From Lama glama (Eukaryota), in the NCBI GenBank assembly GCA_028534125.1, contig CM052816.1:65598001-65662000 (forward strand): 64,000 nucleotides of DNA. Reading direction: 5' to 3'. The position numbers were made by a program, and so were the translations under genes. A model generated the notes under the pieces. That model did no database searches and had not been told where the DNA came from. It was given only the letters and a program-made list of their open reading frames with translations. How positions within the stretch are numbered: position 1 is the first letter of the stretch; each line of letters starts with the position of its first letter. Below are positions 14,610 to 24,810 of the stretch, in pieces.

Positions 14610-14860
14610 AGAGGCAGCAAATATAAGGTAATGCATGCAGGCTTTGGAACCAGACTTTCTTGATTTAAATTGTGACTCGTACAAGATATCTGACCTTGAG
14701 CAAGCTGCTTTCTATCTAGTGCGACAATTTCCTCATCTGTAGAACAGGGCTAGTAACAATCCCTACCTGACAGTGTTGTTGGGAGGTTTAAATGAGGTAA
14801 TAATGTAAAGCCCATTAGTACCGGGGTTGGGACCTAGTATGTGTTCCTTGCTCTTAAATA
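14610..14860 (+). mobile_element. Near full-length MIR
   Basis: ggctttggaaccagac..tgaccttgagcaag..tttcctcatctgtagaacaggg..cctacctgacagtgttgttgggaggtttaaatgag. Confidence 0.85.
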
Positions 14861-15699
14861 ATAATATTTAAATATCTCATATAATATCAAATTTAGAATT
14901 ACTCTGTGATGCTTGGTTCAAAGTATTCAGAGCTTGTTGAAAACAGCTGACTGAAGCCTTCTTGTTCAAATCCCAAATGACCTTATGGAAGAGATTTAGT
15001 CCCTTTAGAAAACAGAGGTCATGAGGACACTCCTAGGCTACAGGAAATCCCAAGAAATAGTCTCAAGTTTCTTTTCAGCTGTGGTACCATCTCTCTGAAC
15101 CTACAAGTTCAAATTGCTTTTAAAGAAATCACTCAGTTCTTTCCTCCTCTCAAGAATACTTTCATGAGGATCATCATTTGATCAAAATGAAAACCCCAAA
15201 TCATAGCGGTTTTTGAGACTAGGTATCCTTAGACTTGGTTTTGAATTTGTGGGAAATGCCAGCCCTCCCCCACCCCAACTCTGTATAATGTTTTCTGCTC
15301 TGACATGGCCTCAATGGGGAAATCCTAATTGAAGATAATAGCATGATGTATTAAATGTTGCCAGTATTCCATTTAATATTAAGCAATTGCACAAGAGGCT
15401 TTTTAAATACCAAAGTTAAAAGTGATAACATTAATATCGAGTACATTGCTACTATCAAATCCATTCTCCTCCTGATTTCCAACAAACACCATTTAAGTGC
15501 CAACCTACTATTACAAGAGTTTACTATTTTATTCTTGCTCCAAAATGGCATCAACGTGATGGGGTGCTTTCAGGGGATTGTTGAACAGACATTTGCAGCA
15601 AAGGGGTCAGCTTGAGGAAATGCAAAACGTCTACTGTAGGCATATAGCAAGGCTTTATGTCAGCGCTCCTCAAATCCACACACCCGCTAATCAAACAAG

Positions 15700-15750
15700 C
15701 AGCTCTGTGGCATGCGCAGTTGCAATTGAGTGTAACTGACTTCCGCAGAA
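15700..15750. promoter_or_regulatory. Candidate upstream promoter motifs (NRF1-like GCATGCGCA, ETS-like ACTTCCG)
   Basis: GCATGCGCA at 15710-15718 and ACTTCCG at 15739-15745 retain CpGs just upstream of the island. Motif match only. Confidence 0.35.
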
Positions 15751-16059
15751 CAGGCTCCACAGGATTTCCTGTCCAAAAACAACCGTGTGGTCATCTGGAG
15801 CTGCATCCTTACGGACCATCCAATTAACAAGATATCCCCTCCCCAGTATTTGTGTGTTTAAAAACAAACCAACCAACAAACAAGGGAGTCCAAGTGCCCA
15901 AACCCTGTCATTTGCAAATTCTCTCTGGACTTCTTTGATTCCCTTTCTTTTCATTGGGTGAGAAGGGGAAAAACAAAACCCAACCAACCAAAATCCTCCC
16001 TCTTGAATGTCTATTTGTTCAAGGTGTCATTTCCCCGGGAGGTTATTTACAGGTTTCTA

Positions 16060-16500
16060 CCCGCTGAGCTTGTCTTGCTGGCGATCACTTACTGAAAGAA
16101 GGAATCTGCTCTTTCAGGGCAGGGCGAGCTGTGCCTTTAACCCCTTTGGCCGGCTCTGCCTCGGAAGCGAGGGAGGCGCGCTGCAGTGTCCGGGAACCCA
16201 CCTAGAGGGCCCCCTTGACGCCAGCACATCCCCTGTCGGGCAGCAGCCTCTGCGGCCGAGCGGGCTGCTGCAGAGTTAACGTGCAGGACCGCGGAGCCTG
16301 CAAGTGCCCCGAGCTGCTCAGAGCCGACCGGGCGGCACAGCCCAGGGCAGAGGAGGCGGCTGCGACGATTGCAAATGTTCCGCTGGAAATTCGGCGCAGG
16401 GGGACCCCAGCGGGAGCCTGTTGCCTTTGTGTTTTAAAAGCAGGCAAGGTCTGTATAGCTCGGGCGTGAGAATCTTTCAGAAGCTGTCAGAGCATCCGAG
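16060..16500 (+). promoter_or_regulatory. PDE4D: Small CpG island, probable PDE4D3 promoter/TSS region
   Basis: GC-rich with about 30 CpGs by eye in ~440 bp, against a CpG-depleted background. About 1 kb upstream of the D3 ATG and within a ~4 kb stretch lacking recognisable TEs. CRE-like TGACGCCA at 16216-16223. Confidence 0.8.
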
Positions 16501-16989
16501 TCAATGACACCTATTGGGGAATTGAATTGGGGATAAAAGAGAGAGAGCAAGAGAGAAAAAGAAAGACAGCGGGAGAAGAAATTCTTAGACAACGTTTGAC
16601 CTGCAGCTGTGAAAATTCATTTTCTTTCCAAGGCAAAATATGAAAAGCCCGCACATGGTTTTGATAACAACAAATGAGAGGGGTTTCTGCAGTGAAAGGA
16701 TCAATAGCTTAGTCATTTTCCTGAAAGAGAGCAGACAGCTTTATTATGGGGTTAGGCAACAGAAATGAATTTCCTCATGACAGCACCTTCTGAAGTCATG
16801 ACGGTAGCTCATGGCAATCCTGTCCTGCAAAGCCGAAATTGCTCCTTGCCTTCCTACTTTTGCAGTTGAAAAACAGCGATTCTGAGATTGGAGAAAGAAG
16901 TTGTCTTTTGCTTATACATGGTTTCTAGTCCCTCTGCCCGGCTTTTTGTCCGGCACGTCTCAGAAAGCAGCCCTGCGTTAAAGTGACCA

Positions 16990-16996
16990 CACATGA
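16990..16996 (-). promoter_or_regulatory. M-box core (TCATGTG), candidate MITF/TFE site
   Basis: + strand CACATGA, ~510 bp upstream of the D3 ATG. PDE4D3 is an established MITF target in melanocytes. Confidence 0.4.
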
Positions 16997-17404
16997 ATAT
17001 GTGTCTAAGAAAGAAGAAAAAGCAATATTCATTTCTAAAAGACAGCATGGCAAAGCAACCTGAAGTTTTCCATTTCCCTTCTAACACTTCTTTAACAAGG
17101 ATAACAAGAAACTGTCTTTTGACTCCTTTTTTCCCACATTCCAGAGTCCTTCCTGCGAGGATGCATTAATTTCCACTCTAGGCGGTTGGATTTTACCGGG
17201 ACAGTATTTGCCACCCTTTAGGATTAGCGATTGAACTGGTTATTTTAGTGTATTGACTAACTAGTGGAACCTCAGTGGATGGACCCGTACCTGCAGTGCT
17301 CTGTGATGTTTCTTTCTTCAAACCCTGGAAAGGCTTTTGTTGTTGTTCTTTGTCTTTTGGGGGGATTTTTTTTTGGAATTTCATACTTGTTGCAATAATC
17401 GCCC

Positions 17405-17461
17405 ATGGTAGCTGCTCAAACAGGGGAGCTGGAATTCATCGGTGAGAATCACTACATGTAA
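17405..17461 (+). other. Upstream ORF MVAAQTGELEFIGENHYM* in the PDE4D3 leader
   Basis: ATG at 17405 (+4 G), TAA at 17459-17461, ending 43 nt before the main ATG and out of frame with it. Relevant only if this region is transcribed. Confidence 0.45.
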
Positions 17462-17504
17462 CATAGGAGACGAGAAAAAGATTAAGGACAGAAGATCTGC
17501 CAAC

Positions 17505-17551
17505 ATGATGCACGTGAATAATTTCCCCTTTAGAAGGCATTCCTGGATATG
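17505..17551 (+). CDS. PDE4D: PDE4D3 isoform-specific first coding exon: MMHVNNFPFRRHSWI + TG (phase 2; the Cys codon is completed in the next common exon)
   Basis: gccaacATGATGCACGTGAATAATTTCCCCTTTAGAAGGCATTCCTGGATATG|gtgagt translates to the known PDE4D3 N-terminus, including the RRHS13 PKA site. A at -3 (Kozak), in-frame upstream TAG at 17409-17411, canonical donor. Confidence 0.97.
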
Positions 17552-17557
17552 GTGAGT
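17552..17557 (+). other. PDE4D: 5' splice donor of PDE4D3 exon 1
   Basis: ATG|GTGAGT, a consensus donor, falls exactly where the D3-specific peptide joins the common long-form sequence (C-FDVDNG). Confidence 0.95.
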
Positions 17558-20500
17558 AATCAATATTCCCTTGAGTTCAGAAAACTCAGAACTATAAAAT
17601 TCTGTGACAGGTGCCAGAGGTGGGCTTGTCTTGAATGAGAATATTAGTATCAAGTTAGGATGAAAAGTAAAACATCTTTAAAACCAATGTTTTCTGAGTA
17701 AGTAATGGTTATGCAATAATAAATTACTTGTTAATCTAAAAGCATCCCCAATAAGAAGTCAGGTATGAGGACATGGACAATTGCTAACAGTTCATAGAAG
17801 AAAACAAAACACAACAACTTTAAGAATGACAACTATTTAACTAATAAAGAAAAAGGGAGGTTTGGGATTTGGGTTTTGCTCTTTTGTTTTCATTTATTTG
17901 AAAAGTCCCTGGGGAAGGACACACATGCATTTCTGATAGCTGTTGTCAATTTGCTTGGCCTGAGGTCTTTTTGAATTTCCAAAAGAAGATTAAGGGAAGA
18001 CTAAGAATGTTGACTCAGTTTTAAAATGACGTTAAGATGCGTTGGTGCCTCACACTTAAGGAATATTTTAACTATTCAAGAAATATTTCTACCAGAATGA
18101 ACCAATTTAATAGAATTCTAACAGATGAATCATGGGTTTCTCAGACTCTCATGGAACTTGCTCAGTGCATTTGTTCATGTATTAAGGTTCAGGGTAATGA
18201 ATTAAGGTGCCTGGACATGTAACATCATGTACCGTTTCTTGTTAGAGTTTATGACTAAATGTTTATAGGAACTAATTACTGAGGATATAATAAGGGCAAA
18301 GCTCACTATTTAAAAATTGCTTGTTTTTACCACACCTTTAGGGTGGACTGGATGTGGTCTCTCATAGCAGAAACTTTGTGAATGCGTGATAGAGGCACAT
18401 TTAAGGTTGTGTGGCTACTCACCTGGTTTGGTTTGTATACTGCAATGTGTCTCATTCTGAAAGTATATTTCCCCAGGTCACTTTTGGGCTGTTCTTAGGA
18501 TAAGTGATTTGTCTTTCAAAATACAGTTTTCTGAGGGTTTTCTAGTTGCTTTTATGACAGCATCTCAAAGGAAAACGTCCTGACATCTTAAGGTTCCACT
18601 GAAATCCCTTGCTGCTTTGTTACAGACATTTAGCTTGTTAGCTGAAAATCAGTTGCAGAGAAGGGTAGGTGACATCCTCTGTCACTGGGCAGGTACTCAT
18701 TTTCTATCACTATCAGATTCATCCAGAATCGACACTGTGGCGTATCTTCCTTCTCTGCTGTCCAGAGCCACTGTCCCCAGTCGCTCATGTGCTTGGGAGG
18801 GAGTCAGGGTGACATGTCTGCAAACCTCAGTGGCCCACTTCCAAGTGCATCATCAGAGTTTCCGACTCGGCGGGAGCTTTGGTGCCATCGCCTCGCTGGT
18901 CCTGATGGTGAGGGTCAGGCATCAGCAATAAGGTCTTTGTCATTCTTACAGTTGCAGACCCATAGTCTTTAACCCTAAGATCAAAAGGCTCTGGAAATAG
19001 TCTCTGGCACATAGTAGGCATTTGTCAAAATTCTTTTTTCATCTATTCCTTATGGGTTCCTTTGAGGTGAATTTTGTGCATATTAAGATTTGTTTAGGGG
19101 GAAAATATTACCATTCTCATTTCTATAAAGTGTACCTTGCTATATAAAGCAACAGTTTTTGTTCTGCCTAAGCCTTGTTTGGGTCTGTTTATGTTGCGAT
19201 AGGAACAGATGCAAGTACCCCTTGAATGCCTGACATTATAACCACTTTTTATTTTGTTACATTTACCTCCCCTCTACTTTTGCCTGGAAAGAGATGAGTT
19301 ATTCAGCTCTGGAGTTTTGGAAAGAAAGCAAATGTGCTTATTCATGCTCCTCTAGATCTGTAATATATATGTTTGAAAGCTGTAGGCAGAAGTTGAGATT
19401 CCTGGTGGTTTTCTTTCGTGCCTGAAGCCAGGTCACCCTTCAGACATCTCACTGCATGACGTGCCAGTTTGTTGGTGGTGTGGCCGAACGGAGCCACTGT
19501 GGACTGTGAATGTTCTGTATGTCTATTCTTGCCTTGGCCCTTTAGGATTCATCTATAGCTGTTGAACCCCCAGGAAGAAGGTGGTGTTTTTTTTCCTAGG
19601 TGACCCAATTAATGTGGTGCTGGGTCTCCACTCCCCAATTATTGTTTCTCTCTTCTTGATAACCTCACCTTTCAGCACTGCCATAAAAGAATCTAGCTGT
19701 TTGTGGACAGAAAACCTCCTTTCCCTTTGTCCTACTGTAAGGGTCCCCATTGGATTGGATTCCGTGCTCATGAATTTTACTGTTAAGAGGAAAACATTTG
19801 CCAAGTTCTCCTTTTCATCTCCAAGGACTCTCTTTCCTCATTCCCACAGGCAGGTCTTCCCTATGCCCTGCCACCCACAAAGAAGCAGGTCAGAAGTTGG
19901 CAACAGCTCCATGCCAAGGAACATTTTAAACATTTTAAAGGGGACATGTGGTTTGGTTTCACAAGCAGATCTTGAGGAAGGCTCTTAATCCTTTGGGTAA
20001 GCAGGACCAGAGGTGCACACTTTTTCTCTTCTACTTTTGAGGAGCAAGAAGGAGGGAAAATTGGGCTGCAGGAGGTCTCAGAGGAGTGTTCAAAAGTTCA
20101 GCAGGGGTCATGGTTCCAATAGAAGCCTGAAGGTGGAGTTCCTACTCAGATTCTTCTTCTCCTGCCCTCAGGCTGGTGTGTCGATCATTGAGCAATAGTA
20201 TTACAAATTCATTGTTGACTGGTTACAAGTTAAAGTTAATCAGTGGTCTTATTACTTGGCTTAATAGAACACTACCCTTTGAGGGCCAGAAGAGCACTAA
20301 GAAGAATGTGCTTTCCTTGCTTAAAGGGACATGAGAAACATTTGCTGGAGGGTTTTATTGAGAAGGCTTCTTTCCATTAGGCTCTTCAACCTTTTCACTG
20401 CCAAGCCAAACACAGATAAGGGTTCACTCACTAGGTAAATAAGTACTGTATAGCTCTTACTTTGTATTCTGGCAAGTTGTGAGACTACAGTGGTAGCCTG

Positions 20501-23269
20501 GCAATTCAGGAATGGGTCTTCTTACATAGTTGGAAGAAGGGAAACACAAATCAGCTTTCTAGGAATTTAAATTTCATCTGGTAGCAACGAAGAGGACCCT
20601 TGAGAAGCATTATGACATGGCATCATTACGCAGGAGTCTAATAAGAGTGACATAACATTGCCTGCCTCATGTACAGTTGTGATTTTTTGCCTTACTTAAA
20701 AATATGTAACAACTTTGTGTAATCTGATTTCTAAAAACTATAATTTCGTGCCAGAAATGCCAGGGCTGTTTAGCATGCAATTGAATTTCACCTAAAATTT
20801 AGGAGGCATTTTATTGAAATACCTTTGCATTCTTTTTATGAAGGACTGAAAAGACTCAGAGAGAGGACAATGGGAGATAGAAGTCAAAGGCCCCTGCTTG
20901 CTAGGGGAGGAGGCTGTCCCGTGCTGCAACCTGTGGTCTTCTCTGAGGAGATCTGAGAAAGATGTGGGACTAGTGATTGCGGATGGGGATTAACTATTTT
21001 TTCTTATTTGGTGCTTAGCCCACACATTTAAATGCTTTTGTCAGTCTCCCTTTGTGATGCTTAGAGGTCACTTTGATCAAAAGGTAAAATGGGGTGATTA
21101 TAGCACTTTGACTCAACATGGAGACTTATTTTTCCTTTTTCTAGGCTCCCACATCCTTTCAGTGGGTTTACCCTTTCCTGGTTCCAAGGAAAGTTTAATC
21201 TAGTAAGTCACAGTTTGGTTGTTCCTCTGTAAACCAAGGGCTCAACTCATATACTAACTCATTTTGTTTTGTTTTCTTTGATCTAAATCCTTTATGGAAT
21301 GAAGTAAGATATAAATATAAATATATACGCACGTATTTTCAACAGCAAATCCAATGAATAATCAGAGAAAGGCAAGATGGCCTGCTTCTTAAGAAAAGGA
21401 AAATCCTTATCTATCCGGTTAGCATCTCTTTTTTTTTTTTTTTTTTACGTTTTTCTTCACTTCATGTATCAAAACTACAGGAACTCAGCCCCAGAATTGC
21501 ATTTTCCAGAGTTTATGTTTTGGCCAATATGTATGCTAATCGCACTTGTCTTATGAGAATTTTAGTGAGTGGGAGAAACGTTCAGCTTGATGACTGGGCA
21601 TGCATTGAAGGACAAAAGGGATTAATTCTCCTGCTAGATAACACGGCTCTGCTCATTTTAGTCAACCTTAAAATTCTGCCAGTGTCTGATTGTCTTCTAA
21701 TGAGATTTCAGGTCATGGCTGACAGTGTTTTAGTACCATTGCTTCCTCTGAGTGACAGAACTACCCAGAAATTTCAGCATACAAATATCAAAGTCTCAGC
21801 TTGATTCTGATTTTCTGTTATGGCCACATGCAATTTGTTTGTAAACACTTACGGCCAATGAAGTTTAGGTAGCACTCATAATTACACAAACCCCTCTTGT
21901 TCACAAATCCTTGGGGCTCGATCGTAAAGTCAACCATTGTTCAAGGCATAAGTTCAGGTTTAGATATCATACAGCAAAGATTTTCCTTTAGGTGAAATAT
22001 TGATCCTATCAAACATAATTTTTCTCTTGGCTTTCTATTTTACTGTCTTTCATTGCCTCTAGTTGTAGTCCCCTTAATTTCTGTTAGTAATCCCTTGTAA
22101 TTGAAACATGAAAATAAAAATTCATACTTTCGTTTAATTTTTTAAAAAAATTTGATTGAGGGATGGTATGACAGAGGAGGAAAGTTGCCATCAGTAATAT
22201 CAGTGTGTCCACAACTTCTGAAATTAAGTATTATTTTCAGTCCCAGCAGACTTTCTACTGTAGTAACGTGGCTTTTGCACTTTAAACTGCTGACAGGTTA
22301 CATCTTCCATGGGCTGGCTAAGTGGGTGGCCCAAGCCAGGGAAGTTACAGACAATTCCTACAGAAGGAAGAAAGGGAGAAAGTATTCTCCATCATATGAG
22401 AATGATTATGAATTTGGCATGTTTTGCTTCCATTAAATTCTTCACTTTCCACCCCCTTGTTTCTGCACCCATTTTATCTATCACTGAGTTATTTCGCTGA
22501 TGCTGAATTATTCAGGTTTCGAGAAAAACAGGGAAGTAAGGGAAAAAGGAAAATAGTTCAGAATTCTAAGAGGAAGATCCCAAGGATGGAACTTAACAAC
22601 CAGATTCCCACTTGCCTCAGGCTAGAAGTTTCTTTCTTTCTTTTTGAACAATAGCCACACTTCACCTCTTCCTCTCCTTTTTCAATCATACCCCACAGAC
22701 ATTCATATTCATAAACACCTTGGCTGACTATAGCATCATCCCACCTTTTTTTATAATAGCTCCAAAATGTCACCAAACCAGAGTTAACTTTGGTAACTTC
22801 TTACCACTCGATCAATGATTGTATAATGTTTTTAGGTTGTTAATTCTGTCACAACCCATAAACATACCCGAGACAGTATATTTCAACTAGAGATTATGTT
22901 GTGTCAAATGTGGGGATATATATTTGGTTTCAAAGATGGATAATCCGGATTCCACGTAGATTATTGGCTACGGAAAAACAAAACAAAGCAAAACAAAAAA
23001 GAAACCCTCCAGATTTCTAACTCTAATTCTCGTGTTACTGCTTTGTGTGACCTTGTGAAAACTCTCCAGAACTCTTCACCACCTGTTGAAAAGGATTCGG
23101 TGGATATTAACCCACTTCATGCTGAAGTGTAGACTGTTAAAGAAACTCTTATAGCACGTTGGTGATAATAACGTATTAAGCTGTTCAGCAATGACATGCT
23201 AAAACCTGTTGGGTGAATTTCTTAAAATATAGGTAACAAATACAACCATTGTATACTTCATGGAAGAGA

Positions 23270-23530
23270 TCAACATTGATTGAATCCCCTCTGTCCCCTG
23301 TACATGCCACGTGTTTTCACATAAATTACATCCTTTAATGTCAACAGTAAGTTTGGGAGGTGGGTCTGATCTGAACTACTGTTTGTGGATGAGGAAAGTA
23401 ATGCCCACAGAGGGCAAAAAGAAAATAAACTTGCTCAAGGTCACATACCTATTACTTAGGGAGATTGACCCACTGAAGCCAGGTCTGACCCCTTTAAAAG
23501 TCCAGTGTCTTTTTAGTCACCATATTTATT
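23270..23530 (-). mobile_element. MIR
   Basis: gatgaggaaagtaatgcccacagagg..aacttgctcaaggtcaca..ccaggtctgacc. Confidence 0.75.
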
Positions 23531-24399
23531 CTGTTCTGTGGCAGATGCCTTAGCACTCTGACCATGGACCTTCTGGAAGATAGATAAGCAGGAAGACCAG
23601 AGAAAATAAGCAGATTCCCTGTTAGCAAGTTGGGGGAGTACACAGGACACCTAGTGAATGTCAGTGGCCTTTCCCTGAGAAACCCCTCCTGTTCGTGTTG
23701 GGACTGTGATCTGTCCCTCAGCCAAGTTGGCAGATCTTTTTGTGTTTTCTTGAAATTTAAAAAGGAATTTGAGGTGATCTGTGTTCCCAAGGCCACAGTG
23801 GCCTGTGAGGTTTTTTTCTGTGAATTAGAGAAGGGTACTTTTCTGGGTGGGTACATTAGGAAAGGCGCCCCATGTTGAGCAGATGAATTAGAAATGCAGA
23901 CTGTGGGGCTTGATGAATGGAGTGCAAAGCAAGAGGCACCCCTTCCTTCTTCTGCCCACAGACTCAGCCAGGGAGCAGAGATGATTTCAGCTTCCTTCAC
24001 CAAAATTGGGCAGTGATCAAACTGCACAGCCCCGGCCCTGCTTTTATCTGGGCACTACCTCCACCTTGAAGGTGACTGTGACAATTGGATGAAAGGTTTT
24101 TGAGAGTGCTTTGCTGATAAGAAAAGATCACACATGTTTTGAGTTTTGCTGCCATCATCCATCATTATTATTTCCTTCCAAATGTTCTAATTACAGGTCT
24201 TTGGAATTTTTTTTTCTTTTTCTTTTTCTTTTTCTTTTTTTCACCAATAAAGAAGATTAACATTTTCTGCAACAGACCTAATGTGAAAGAACCAAACAAA
24301 CATTTTAATCACAAAATAGCCCAATATCTGAGCTGCTGAAAAATGCCATTCTTAGTGAATTGGATTAAAACACATGGATTAGAACATACTGATTTATTT

Positions 24400-24810
24400 A
24401 CACATAGGGGATGCTCAGATAAATATAAATGCTCAGATAAATAGAGGGATGCTCAGATAAATATGCTCAGATAAATATAACAATCCTGCCTTGAAGACAC
24501 TCATAGACTAGTGAGGAAAACATCTACAGAAACAAATAATTACACAACAGTGCAGAGCATATTAATATAGGAGTATACAAAGTGTGATGGGAGTTCAAAG
24601 GCTGGAACAAGGCAGCTGGCTGGTCCAAATACTTTAAAGGAATCTAGAAGGGGACAAGTTAAAAGTGTATCTGATGGGTTTGAGAATTAGTATTTATTGG
24701 TGACACTTTGGAGAGTGGTTTAAGGGAGTGTCTGGGAGTGAGTTGTATTTCAGGGGTTATAAAAGGAGAGAAAAATAGTGCATACTCTTTTCAAAACTTT
24801 GGACAAGAAG
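24400..24810 (-). mobile_element. L2 fragments
   Basis: cctgccttgaagacactcatagactagtgagg..aaacaaataattacacaacagtg..ttattggtgacactttggagagtggttt. Confidence 0.65.
24411..24477. repeat. Four copies of atgctcagataaata
   Basis: Copies at 24411-24425, 24429-24443, 24449-24463 and 24463-24477. Confidence 0.93.

Noticed and set aside
16198..16212. CTCF-like CCACCTAGAGGGC
   Set aside because: The 5' part is out of register with the CCASYAGRKGGC consensus; unsupported.
16007..16507. Overlapping ORFs in the CpG island
   Set aside because: Expected from stop-codon scarcity in GC-rich DNA; no match to any PDE4D N-terminus I know.
17412..17504. Non-AUG N-terminal extension of PDE4D3 from in-frame CTG (17412) or GTG (17442)
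   Set aside because: The frame is open back to TAG 17409, but nothing else supports initiation there.
23494..24027. Longest ORF (177 aa, - strand)
   Set aside because: Non-ATG start, no homology recognised, overlaps a MIR edge, antisense to PDE4D.
24411..24477. Repeat-spacer array resembling CRISPR (also 49883-49932)
   Set aside because: Eukaryotic DNA, 13-15-nt repeats with 0-6-nt spacers and no cas genes.
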